Assembly (NCBI GenBank): GCA_041555445.1
Contig: JBFFKK010000001.1
Coordinates: 64,418 to 128,417 of the forward strand
Direction of reading: 5' to 3'
From: Sulfurimonadaceae bacterium
GTDB taxonomy: Bacteria; Campylobacterota; Campylobacteria; Campylobacterales; Sulfurimonadaceae
Length of the DNA: 64,000 bases
In this document: positions 1-8,293 of the stretch, piece after piece
Numbering within the stretch: position 1 is the first letter of the stretch
Layout of the letters: each line of letters starts with the position of its first letter
The notes under the pieces: model-generated
What the model saw: only the letters and a program-made list of their open reading frames with translations
Told to the model about the DNA's origin: nothing
Databases searched by the model: none
Translations under genes and position numbers: made by a program

Positions 1-299
1 ATCCCTTTTCCACCGCTGCCCGAAGCCGGTTTGATCACAAAACGCTCCAGCCCCTGCAGTGACGCTTCGAGTTGTGTCAGTTCATAGAAAGAATGGATGG
101 TCAGGTAGGTTTCAGGTACCCGAAGGTTTGCTGTTTCAAGGGTCTTTTTTGTCAAGAGCTTGTTGTTGGCAAACTCAAAATAGCGGCGTTTGTTGCTCGG
201 GTAGACATACCCGAGATTGCGGCGGTTCATCCCCAAAACCTTGTCGGCATGGCGCATATTGGCCTTGAACCGTGCATAAAATCGTCTCAACCACATCAT
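1..299 (-). CDS. alpha-L-glutamate ligase-like ATP-grasp protein (RimK-related); N-terminal fragment, gene runs off the window
   Basis: Not in the ORF track because it is truncated. My translation from ATG at 299-297 gives MMWLRRFYARFKANMRHADKVLGMNRRNLGYVYPSNKRRYFEFANNKLLTKKTLETANLRVPETY...FVIKPASGSGGKG, typical of the RimK-related ligase family. The ATG overlaps the TGA (298-296) of the upstream gene (ATGA coupling). Confidence 0.7.
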   Translation of the reverse strand, partial: MMWLRRFYARFKANMRHADKVLGMNRRNLGYVYPSNKRRYFEFANNKLLTKKTLETANLRVPETYLTIHSFYELTQLEASLQGLERFVIKPASGSGGKG

Positions 300-1903
300 C
301 TTCTCTCCTTGAATATCAGTGCCCGAAAACGGACAAATTCGGAGAGGCGCATGCCGACCCACTTGCCCAACCAGAGATTCAACACGATCAAAAAGAGCAG
401 CAGTTCGGGAAAGGCGATGATCAGGCTCTGCATGAACAGTGAGCTCATGACGGCATAGGCGGCCATGATAACGATCGCGGAAAAAAATGAGATACGCAGG
501 GCTTTTTTGAACCCCTGTTCCTCCTGAATGATCGCAAAACGCTCCGCCGTGATGGCAAGGATCGCGATCGGAAAGAGCGAGATGTGCGCTAAAGAAAGGA
601 GTGAGGAGTGCACGGCAAATACCGTCATCAGCAGCATGGAGATAACGACGACCGTCAGCATGATCGCCATCTTCGGCGAATGCAGCAGCTGCAGATAATC
701 CAAAAACTTTCGGACCAGCGCCGAAACGAGGATAATAAAAAAGAAACCGGCCAGTCCCCACCATATCCCCGTCTCACGCGATGCCGTAGCGATCAGTGCC
801 GGCAGAAACGTACCAAAAGTCTCCAGACCGATAACATTTCTGAAGATGACAATGACCAGCGCCCCCAGCGGGATCATCAGAATGATCTTCAGCAGGTTTT
901 GCGAGATACCGATACTCTCGAATATCTTGTACATGTTATAGGCATTGAGCGGCGAGGCGTACATCGCCTCTTTCATCTCTTTACGGGGTACCAGTTTTTT
1001 AGTGATATGGAACATATACTGAAAGTTGATGTTGGTCGTATGTCTGAACAGTCCCTTATCGCCGTAGTAGAGCCGCACATAATTTTTGGGGATCTCCGCA
1101 AAATAGTTGTTGATCGTGTCAAACGGTATCCAGTGGCCGCGGACATAGACCTCGACCCACTGGTGGGATGTCTTTTTGCTCCCCTGGTTGAGAATAAGAC
1201 CGCCTACCAGGCGCGAGGGCAGACCAAGTTTGCGTGCCAGGGCCACAAAAAGACGGCTTTTGCCGTTACAGCTGGCCTCTTTGAGCTTCAGTGCGGTCAG
1301 GGCGTCGGTATACCCGGAGAAATTTCGGTTTTGAAACTCGTTTTGCAGGTAGTTGTGAATGGTATATAGGGCCTCATAGGTATCGGGTTCTTTGTTGCCG
1401 AAAAGCTCTGTGATCGTCTGTTCAATAAGAGGGTCATTCACCTGTATCCCCTCCTCCGGACCGAGGTAGATAGCGAGATAATCGGGCAGCTCTTTTGCGA
1501 TAGAGATATTCCGGTCAATATCGTAGATGACGTGTTCGGCCTGAACAAAGTAGTTGTAACGGATGATGTGGGTACCCGAGACCGAAGGTGCCTTCCATGA
1601 GACCATGCGGTTGAGCCCCTCAACGCTGATCTGTGTTGTAAAAATGTCGGGTGCACTCCGCTCTTCGGAGATGTTTTGATGCGCCGTACTGATCGGAAGA
1701 TAGGTGTAGATGGACATGCTGTCACCATGGCCGCTGACCTGCATGTTGACTTCCACGTCGTAGCCGATGGTCGGAATCAGGTCGGCAAGTTCATACTCCA
1801 ATACAAACAGTTTATAACCCATCAGCGAAAAGGTTATCAGCAGGAGAATAAAAAGTGTCAGTCTGTAGATGACACTGACTGTTGTCATACCGAACATGGG
1901 CAA
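296..1903 (-). CDS. transglutaminase-like domain protein fused to a C-terminal multi-pass (7TM-type) membrane domain
   Basis: 535 aa with an N-terminal TM helix. Central transglutaminase core reads SCNGKSRLFVALARKLGLPSRLVGG ... SHQWVEVYVRGHWIPFD, so Cys, His and Asp are all present. The C-terminal ~200 aa are highly hydrophobic with several predicted helices. Confidence 0.8.
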   Translation of the reverse strand: MPMFGMTTVSVIYRLTLFILLLITFSLMGYKLFVLEYELADLIPTIGYDVEVNMQVSGHGDSMSIYTYLPISTAHQNISEERSAPDIFTTQISVEGLNRMVSWKAPSVSGTHIIRYNYFVQAEHVIYDIDRNISIAKELPDYLAIYLGPEEGIQVNDPLIEQTITELFGNKEPDTYEALYTIHNYLQNEFQNRNFSGYTDALTALKLKEASCNGKSRLFVALARKLGLPSRLVGGLILNQGSKKTSHQWVEVYVRGHWIPFDTINNYFAEIPKNYVRLYYGDKGLFRHTTNINFQYMFHITKKLVPRKEMKEAMYASPLNAYNMYKIFESIGISQNLLKIILMIPLGALVIVIFRNVIGLETFGTFLPALIATASRETGIWWGLAGFFFIILVSALVRKFLDYLQLLHSPKMAIMLTVVVISMLLMTVFAVHSSLLSLAHISLFPIAILAITAERFAIIQEEQGFKKALRISFFSAIVIMAAYAVMSSLFMQSLIIAFPELLLFLIVLNLWLGKWVGMRLSEFVRFRALIFKERR

Positions 1904-1959
1904 CCTTGTATTGATGACGAATTATAACATTTTATCAATCTGTAACACCGTATGAAGCG

Positions 1960-2328
1960 TTAAAAGATCGTCTGAAGCAGGTCGGTATAGACCACTACAT
2001 AGAGCAGAACCGCCTGAAGCAACGCAATAAACCAGAACATCATCTGAAAGCTGCGTTTTGTCGTCTTGTGCCAAAAAAGCTGCTGTGCGAAGATCGCGGC
2101 AGGCGTCGCCCCTGCAAAAGCCAACAGATGCAGCAGACTTTCCGGTACCCTCAGCCAACCGCGCTTTGCAAAAAACTTGTCAAGCGCATACAGGACAAAT
2201 CCTGCAGTGTTGACGGTTGCGATGTAGGCCCAGACCGGTTGGAGATGCATGCGAAACCTAAACAGAAAAAAGAAAAGCGCCAAAAGCATAAAGCTCAGTA
2301 CGGCATAGCGTATAAAAGCCCTGCTCAC
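1960..2328 (-). CDS. DUF1294 family membrane protein
   Basis: 122 aa. The motif YALDKFFAKRGWLRVPESLLHLLAFAGATPAAIFAQQLFWHKTTKRSF matches DUF1294. Hydrophobic helices flank it. Confidence 0.75.
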   Translation of the reverse strand: MSRAFIRYAVLSFMLLALFFFLFRFRMHLQPVWAYIATVNTAGFVLYALDKFFAKRGWLRVPESLLHLLAFAGATPAAIFAQQLFWHKTTKRSFQMMFWFIALLQAVLLYVVVYTDLLQTIF

Positions 2329-2330
2329 GC

Positions 2331-2531
2331 CTACCCTTCCAGTTTAAAACGGCACTCGCCTATGGTGATCACCTTGCCGTTTTGGCCGGCTTCTTTGATG
2401 TATTTTAACGTGCCGGCACCGTCACCCATCTTCATCTCGTCATCGATCAGACGGATCGCCTCTTCGTCCGAGACATTGGTCCACACTTTTTCATAGATAA
2501 ACTGCGTCATTAGTTGTTTCTGTTTTTTCAT
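2331..2531 (-). CDS. small hypothetical protein (66 aa)
   Basis: ORF ends 3 nt upstream of the DUF1294 gene on the same strand. Composition looks coding-like. No motif recognised. Confidence 0.45.
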   Translation of the reverse strand: MKKQKQLMTQFIYEKVWTNVSDEEAIRLIDDEMKMGDGAGTLKYIKEAGQNGKVITIGECRFKLEG

Positions 2532-2645
2532 GCGCTAATGATATAATAATTCCAGTTAACACTCCTGTTGTATTTTCATGGGGAAAAATGCCGGCATCGC
2601 GTTTAGCGTTGCGGTATACCGACGCTGCATACAGAAAGGTGACCA

Positions 2646-3335
2646 TTGCAAAAAGAGCTGCTTAAAGACCTCAGAATCCTCTATGTCGAAGATGAAGAGG
2701 ATGTCCGCCGCAATGCGGTCGAATACCTGAAACGTATCGCCAAAGAGGTCTATGAGGCCGGTGACGGCAAAGAGGCCATTCAGGTCTGGCTCCAGGAAAA
2801 ACCCGACATCATCATCACCGATATCAGCATGCCCCGTCTCAACGGTCTCGACATGGCGCGTTACATCCGCTCAAAAGACCGGGATGTGCAGATCATCGTC
2901 GCAACGGCCTATACCGACACCGACTACCTCATGCAAGCCGTTGAACTCAACCTGGTCAAGTACCTTGTCAAACCCGTGACCAAAGAGAAACTCCAAAATG
3001 CGCTCAGCCGCTCTGTAGAGAAGATAAAAGATGAAAGCAGGTTCTCTGTACGACTTTCGCCTGAGTGCCGGTACAACGCCTACAGCCAGGATGTAGAGTG
3101 CGGAGAGGAACAGACCAAACTGACAAAAAACGAGATCCTCTTCATGGACCTTCTGGCCCACCACGTCAACCGGACCCTCACCTACCAGGAGATCGAAGAT
3201 GCCATCTGGCCGTATGAGGGGATGAGCCAGGATGCGATCCGCTCCCTTGTCCGCGGTCTGCGAAAGAAACTGCCCGACGGTGCGATCGACAATGTCTCGG
3301 GTGTCGGCTACCGACTGAAGGTCTACACACTCTAG
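2646..3335 (+). CDS. two-component response regulator, OmpR/PhoB-type winged-helix output
   Basis: 229 aa. Receiver motifs are LYVEDEEDV, DIIITDISMP and KPV. The C-terminal winged helix reads LTKNEILFMDLLAHHVNRTLTYQEIEDAIW...VGYRL. TTG start at 2646 with AAAGG about 8 nt upstream. Confidence 0.9.
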   Translation: MQKELLKDLRILYVEDEEDVRRNAVEYLKRIAKEVYEAGDGKEAIQVWLQEKPDIIITDISMPRLNGLDMARYIRSKDRDVQIIVATAYTDTDYLMQAVELNLVKYLVKPVTKEKLQNALSRSVEKIKDESRFSVRLSPECRYNAYSQDVECGEEQTKLTKNEILFMDLLAHHVNRTLTYQEIEDAIWPYEGMSQDAIRSLVRGLRKKLPDGAIDNVSGVGYRLKVYTL

Positions 3336-3407
3336 TACGCATCCCTTGCACCCTTTTAAGCAGAATTCATCTAAAATTCTATCTATCCACTCCATAAGGA
3401 AGCACCA

Positions 3408-3944
3408 TTGAAAACCGGAATAACCCTGATTTTTTTAACACTGAGTCTATTTACCAACCTTCTCTACGCTGATGCCGTTTTAAATATAGATCAACCGGTA
3501 AGAAATCTGAAAGTCAGCAGCGATCAGATGAAAAATGCCATTGTCAGCGCAGCAGAGGAGCAGAGATGGATCATCACAACGGAAGGCGAAGGGCGGATGA
3601 GCGCGACCTATCACCGCTCCAACTACATGGCCAAGATCTCTATCAGGTACGCACCTACTTTCTACACCATCAACTATGCCGACTCAAAGCGTCTGCGTTA
3701 CACCGGGACAAGCATTCATCCGACCTACAACAAACTCATCAAAGCACTGCAGATGAACATCATCCGTAACCTTAAGAGCGGTGACTTCACTGAGAAGAGT
3801 GATGCCGAAATGGTTACGACACCGATCGACGGCGAAGATGATGTCCGTACAAAACTGATCGACCTCAAACAACTTTATGAAGAGGGGTTGATCAGCCAGG
3901 ACGAGTACGATGCAAAACGCAAAGCTATAATCGACTCTTATTAA
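3408..3944 (+). CDS. exported protein with C-terminal SHOCT domain
   Basis: 178 aa. Signal-like N-terminus MKTGITLIFLTLSLFTNLLYA. The C-terminus KLIDLKQLYEEGLISQDEYDAKRKAII is a typical SHOCT motif. TTG start preceded by AAGGAAG. Confidence 0.6.
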   Translation: MKTGITLIFLTLSLFTNLLYADAVLNIDQPVRNLKVSSDQMKNAIVSAAEEQRWIITTEGEGRMSATYHRSNYMAKISIRYAPTFYTINYADSKRLRYTGTSIHPTYNKLIKALQMNIIRNLKSGDFTEKSDAEMVTTPIDGEDDVRTKLIDLKQLYEEGLISQDEYDAKRKAIIDSY

Positions 3945-3951
3945 AGAATAG

Positions 3952-3959
3952 TATAGAAT
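3952..3959 (+). promoter_or_regulatory. candidate -10 element TATAGAAT upstream of OMP paralog 1
   Basis: TATAGAAT lies about 28 nt upstream of the ATG at 3987. The identical octamer recurs upstream of paralog 2 (4807-4814). No experimental support. Confidence 0.25.
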
Positions 3960-3986
3960 AATCCTAAAGCCGTTAAAGGAAACAAG

Positions 3987-4685
3987 ATGAAAAAACTTAA
4001 AGTACTCATGCTCTCACTACTGTTGGTCGCGCCGATGGTCATTAATGCGGCGGGGATGGGTCTCTATGTGCCTGTCAGTTTCGCCAACAGCAGTTCTGTC
4101 ACGAAGAACTACGATACAGACTTGATTCCCGACCAGGAAGTTGATATTGACTATAAACCGTCGGCCGGGTTCGGTATCACCTTTGATTCCAACATCGGTA
4201 AAGATGCACTGTTCAACTACCGCTTGGGTCTGGAGTTGATGCAACAGACGATGGATACCTTCAACGGCGACCCCTGTACTGGTGAGTGTGAAAACGCAAG
4301 GTTCAACATGGTTCATACCTTCGGGTTCGGCGTTCTGCGCACCGAGAGAGTCAGACTCTGGGTCGGACCGAGGATCAACATTGCGTACGAATGGGATACG
4401 GGCGATTACGGTTATTCTCGCGGCGGGGTTGAATTTGGTGTCGCACCGGCGGTCGGTGTCAATGTCAACCTTGGGCGCGTCGTCTCGCTCGCAGCAGATA
4501 TCGACTACAAGGTAGCGACAACTGTCGGTTGGTGGGACAGCAATATCCCTTTTGACGGCGGCAGTTATTCAGGTTCGACCACGGGTCCGACTGCACGCTT
4601 CTACGTTCTCTTCAGATTCGGTGAGCAGTTTCAAAAACCGACACCGCGATCTGCAAACCAAGGTGTGATCGACCAGAATCTTTAA
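3987..4685 (+). CDS. outer-membrane beta-barrel family protein, tandem paralog 1
   Basis: 232 aa. Signal peptide ends INA/AGMG. It has alternating-hydrophobicity strands and shares blocks with paralogs 2 and 3: PSAGFGITFDSNIGKD, FNYRLGLE, HTFGFGVLR, RLWVGPRINI, VVSLAADIDY, ARFYVLFRFGEQF. RBS AAGGAA. Confidence 0.75.
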   Translation: MKKLKVLMLSLLLVAPMVINAAGMGLYVPVSFANSSSVTKNYDTDLIPDQEVDIDYKPSAGFGITFDSNIGKDALFNYRLGLELMQQTMDTFNGDPCTGECENARFNMVHTFGFGVLRTERVRLWVGPRINIAYEWDTGDYGYSRGGVEFGVAPAVGVNVNLGRVVSLAADIDYKVATTVGWWDSNIPFDGGSYSGSTTGPTARFYVLFRFGEQFQKPTPRSANQGVIDQNL

Positions 4686-4693
4686 TCTCTTAA

Positions 4694-4722
4694 AGAGCGG
4701 CCTTTTCAGACTGCTCTGTTTT
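4694..4722 (+). terminator. weak hairpin plus T-run after OMP paralog 1
   Basis: AGAGC (4694-4698) pairs with GCTCT (4713-4717), followed by GTTTT. The stem is only 5 bp and the loop is long. Confidence 0.3.
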
Positions 4723-4806
4723 CCTTCATATCATAGTAACCACTTCTCTTTTTTAAACATAACAGATTCAACATACCATTACTCTTTCTAATATTCTTTC
4801 CTGTAT

Positions 4807-4814
4807 TATAGAAT
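4807..4814 (+). promoter_or_regulatory. candidate -10 element TATAGAAT upstream of OMP paralog 2
   Basis: Same octamer as at 3952-3959, about 39 nt upstream of the ATG at 4853, within an AT-rich spacer. Confidence 0.25.
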
Positions 4815-4852
4815 GTTAAGAATATCGTTGAGCACACATTTAAGGAGTTAAA

Positions 4853-5545
4853 ATGAACACAATGAAAAAACTGGCGCTGTCACTTCTGTTGACAGTCCCT
4901 ATGGTTGCGAGCGCAGCCGGTATGGGTATCTACATCCCGTTCAACATCACTGAAAACGAAGAGATCGAGTATGACAATTCTACGGGGACTTATGACTTTG
5001 AATATGAGCCGAGTGCCGGCTTCGGTCTTGCTTTTGACACCAACATCGGAAAGGACAGTCTCTTTAATTATCGATTGGGACTGGAGTATTCCCAAACTAA
5101 ACTTGACAATATCGATGGCATAAGTCTAGCATCAGGTGAAGAGCTCACTAAAGACAAGTTTAACATCGTCAACACCTTCGGATTCGGTGTACTCCGCAAA
5201 GAGAAAGTTAGACTCTGGGTCGGTCCGCGCATCAACATCCAATTTGAAAACGGGTCATACAGTTCTTCTATTGCAACAGCCGAACAGAGCAGTGTGGGTG
5301 TAGGACTTGGACTTGCCTTGGGTGTCAATATGAATTTAAGCCGTGTCGTCTCTTTAGCAGCAGACCTTGATTATCATGCTGTTAGTATTGCAGGTAGCGA
5401 AGATTTTACTATTTTTGGTGTAACCACAACAAATGATTACACAGGTGTAAACAGCGGAGTAACAGCCCGTTTCTATGTTCTATTCAGATTCGGAGAAGAG
5501 TTTCGTCCTGCACCGGCGCAGACGGTCATCGACAACAGCCTTTAA
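4853..5545 (+). CDS. outer-membrane beta-barrel family protein, tandem paralog 2
   Basis: 230 aa. Signal peptide ends ASA/AGMG. Same conserved blocks as paralog 1. Strong RBS AAGGAG. Confidence 0.75.
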   Translation: MNTMKKLALSLLLTVPMVASAAGMGIYIPFNITENEEIEYDNSTGTYDFEYEPSAGFGLAFDTNIGKDSLFNYRLGLEYSQTKLDNIDGISLASGEELTKDKFNIVNTFGFGVLRKEKVRLWVGPRINIQFENGSYSSSIATAEQSSVGVGLGLALGVNMNLSRVVSLAADLDYHAVSIAGSEDFTIFGVTTTNDYTGVNSGVTARFYVLFRFGEEFRPAPAQTVIDNSL

Positions 5546-5552
5546 TACGGAC

Positions 5553-5584
5553 AAAGAGCGTGCGTTCAGAGCCGCTCTTTTTTC
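5553..5584 (+). terminator. rho-independent terminator after OMP paralog 2
   Basis: Perfect 8-bp stem AAAGAGCG (5553-5560) / CGCTCTTT (5573-5580) with a 12-nt loop, running into a T tract (5578-5583). Confidence 0.6.
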
Positions 5585-5704
5585 ACGACACCGTGTTTTC
5601 GGTTCTCTTCCCCAATATTTCTACTGCACTCTCCTTCAGAAGCCTATCAACTAAAAACATCTATACTGTCTCAAATCACGCCGCAACAGAGGTCAGCAGA
5701 AGCA

Positions 5705-6412
5705 ATGATAACCAAAAAAACAGTGTACACATTCGGTATTTTCTTTCCGCTCTTTTTGCATGCGGTGGGTATGGGCGTCAGTGTACCGATCACTTTCTAT
5801 GAAAAAGAGAAGCTCAGTTACAGTACCTCCGACATTCCTACGTCGACATATGAGTACGAACCCCACAGCGGGATAGGTTTTGTGTTCGATAGCAATGTCG
5901 GTCAGGAGAAGACCTTCAGCTACCGCTTCAACTTTGAGTACTCCATCGCCGACATCGAATCCAGCAGCCGTCTCTACTCCAGCAACCTGCGAAAACACAA
6001 GTTTAATTTTGTCAACACCTTCGGTTTTGGTGTCATACAGGAGCGGTATCTGCGTTTTTGGGTCGGCCCGCGTATCAACATCCAATACGAACACACCTCG
6101 AGCGACTCCAACATCAGGGTACAGAACAGTTACGGCATCGGTCTTGCAGCGGCAGCCGGGCTAAACGTGATTATGGCAGAGAGGGTCTCGCTGGCCTGCG
6201 ATGTCGATTATCACGGGACACTGCTGTTCGGCGGGGAGAGCTATCGGGATTATGACGGGACCACGACCGGCGACGTTACCCACTACACCGGCTACATCGG
6301 TACCAACAGAGACTTTACGGTGCGCCTCTACCTGCTGTTTGTCTTCGGAGAGCAGTACGAAGAGCGCGCCGTGGCGCCTGCAGAGGACTCTGTCATCGAT
6401 TACAGTCTGTAA
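5705..6412 (+). CDS. outer-membrane beta-barrel family protein, tandem paralog 3 (most divergent)
   Basis: 235 aa. Signal peptide ends LHA/VGMG. Shared blocks include NTFGFGVIQ, RFWVGPRINIQYE, VSLACDVDYH, VRLYLLFVFGEQY and the C-terminal SVIDYSL. A TATACT -10-like hexamer lies at 5662-5667. Confidence 0.7.
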   Translation: MITKKTVYTFGIFFPLFLHAVGMGVSVPITFYEKEKLSYSTSDIPTSTYEYEPHSGIGFVFDSNVGQEKTFSYRFNFEYSIADIESSSRLYSSNLRKHKFNFVNTFGFGVIQERYLRFWVGPRINIQYEHTSSDSNIRVQNSYGIGLAAAAGLNVIMAERVSLACDVDYHGTLLFGGESYRDYDGTTTGDVTHYTGYIGTNRDFTVRLYLLFVFGEQYEERAVAPAEDSVIDYSL

Positions 6413-6421
6413 CCCGGAGCG

Positions 6422-8293
6422 TCACTTTTTTAACGTTATTGCGAAGCAGGCGCCTTCTTCACTGTTGTAGACTTTGATCTCTCCGTTCAAGTGCTCTTCC
6501 ACGATCGTCTTGGACATATAGAGCCCCAGGCCTGTTCCGCTCTTTTCCCCTTTCGTCGAGAAGTACGGCTCGAAGATCTTCGCCTGTATCGCTTCGTTGA
6601 CGCCGCCGCCGTTATCACAGACGGAAATCGTTACCGTCTTACTCTCTTCCGTAACGGCAATGGTGATCTTGGGGTGGTCGACTTCACCGATGAGCAGTGC
6701 ATCTTTGGCATTGGAGATAAGGCTCAGGATCACCTGCAGCAGTTCGTTGCGGTAGATCATCAACCTTGCGTCGCTCTCCAGACTCATCTCCAATGTGATC
6801 TTGTATGAGGCCAGCGACTTTTCGACCAGTGTGACAACATGTTCGATCACCTCGCTGACCTGTTCATTACTGCGCTCTTTGTCCGGCTTGAAAAAGTTTT
6901 TAAAGTCATCGATGGTGTGCGACATATACTCCAAAAGTCTTGTCCCCTCTTTGACCTTTTCATCCATATACTCCGGGGTCAACTCTTTATACTCATAGGC
7001 AGAATCGATGTTCATCAGGACATACGACATCTGGTTGAGCGGTTGACGCCACTGGTGGGCGATCATGGAGATCATGTCCCCCATGGCGGCCATCTTTGAC
7101 TGCTGGATGAGCATCTTCTCTTTTTCTCTGTGGGCGTGGACCTCCTCTTTGACCTGTTCCTGAAGGGAGGTGTTGAGTTTTCGCAGTGCTGCCTCGCTGC
7201 TGTCGAGCTCCTCTTTGTAGTTTCGGATGATCGCAATGATGTGGCGTGAGACAATAACGGTCAGGATACCGACCAGCAGAGCAATAATAATAGAGACGTA
7301 AACTATGAAGCGTATCTCTTGGTCTATCTCTTTTTTCATCTTGGTCTGCTGGTCTTGCAGTACCGAGTTGAAAAATTCTTTTTTGAACCCGTAAATGATA
7401 TGCCAATCGAAAGGTTGGAAATAGTTGACATAGATATGGGCATTTTCTTTCGGCAGCTCTATCCAGCCGTTCTCTTTGACCAGGTGTTCGCCCATCTTTT
7501 GCAAAAGCGCCGGTGCAAGCGCTGTTTCGTTCTTATCTGAGATAAATATCGGTTCACTGCCTTCGAAAATAGCGACATAACCGGAACGGTCTTTCGGCGA
7601 GGTGTCGAGCAGATGCAGGAGTTCGGCCTTTTTCTCCTTCATTGCACGGTCAAGGTGAATACCGCTGCCAAAGAACCACCCGAAATGGTCAAAATCCACT
7701 ACCTTCACCAGCTGCCGGGAATCCCCTTCTCTAAGCCGGGTTTTGATGTACCCCTCGCCGTATTTTCTGGCGATCTGTATCTCTTCGAGTATGATCGCCC
7801 GCCCGTCGGCATCGCTAAAGCCCGAGATGTTTTTGTGCTGAAGCTCCCGGCTGCCGGAGAGAATACTGTTGCCCTCGTAATCCGTGATCCAGACGTAGTT
7901 CTCTTTGCCGTGCCAGGTCATACTGCTCAGCGCATCGACGATGCGCTCTTTAATGGCCTTTTCAGAGAGCCGGCCCCTGTATTTGTCGTAGATGAACGAT
8001 GCCGACTTGTGGGCCAGCTGCAGACGCTCGTCCAACTCTTTTTTAACGCTTTCGTCCAGGTGTTCATAATTGTAGTTTGCAATGATGTTGATATCTTTGA
8101 CAAACTCTTCACCCTGACGTTTTTCCCCCTGGATGTATTCGTCCAGATACCGTGCGGCGTTCTCTTTGAAATAGTAGTTGAGTTTATCGATATAAAAAGA
8201 GGTGATTACCACTGTCAGGATAGCAATAGCGGTCAGCGGCGTAATACTGATGAGACGCAGTGTCCAGCGTTCGCGAAAGGCTTTAAGATTCAT
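6422..8293 (-). CDS. sensor histidine kinase with periplasmic Cache-like domain
   Basis: 623 aa. Architecture is TM, extracytoplasmic domain (YVWITDYEGNSILSG, Cache-like), TM, coiled coil, H-box MIAHQWRQPLN and HATPase (NAKDA, DNGGG, GTGLGLY). Confidence 0.9.
   Translation of the reverse strand: MNLKAFRERWTLRLISITPLTAIAILTVVITSFYIDKLNYYFKENAARYLDEYIQGEKRQGEEFVKDINIIANYNYEHLDESVKKELDERLQLAHKSASFIYDKYRGRLSEKAIKERIVDALSSMTWHGKENYVWITDYEGNSILSGSRELQHKNISGFSDADGRAIILEEIQIARKYGEGYIKTRLREGDSRQLVKVVDFDHFGWFFGSGIHLDRAMKEKKAELLHLLDTSPKDRSGYVAIFEGSEPIFISDKNETALAPALLQKMGEHLVKENGWIELPKENAHIYVNYFQPFDWHIIYGFKKEFFNSVLQDQQTKMKKEIDQEIRFIVYVSIIIALLVGILTVIVSRHIIAIIRNYKEELDSSEAALRKLNTSLQEQVKEEVHAHREKEKMLIQQSKMAAMGDMISMIAHQWRQPLNQMSYVLMNIDSAYEYKELTPEYMDEKVKEGTRLLEYMSHTIDDFKNFFKPDKERSNEQVSEVIEHVVTLVEKSLASYKITLEMSLESDARLMIYRNELLQVILSLISNAKDALLIGEVDHPKITIAVTEESKTVTISVCDNGGGVNEAIQAKIFEPYFSTKGEKSGTGLGLYMSKTIVEEHLNGEIKVYNSEEGACFAITLKK

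Noticed and set aside
608-1369. 253-aa plus-strand ORF inside the transglutaminase/7TM gene
   Set aside because: It lies entirely antisense to a gene with strong domain evidence. Its translation is R/Q/H/D-rich low-complexity with no motif, which is a typical shadow ORF.
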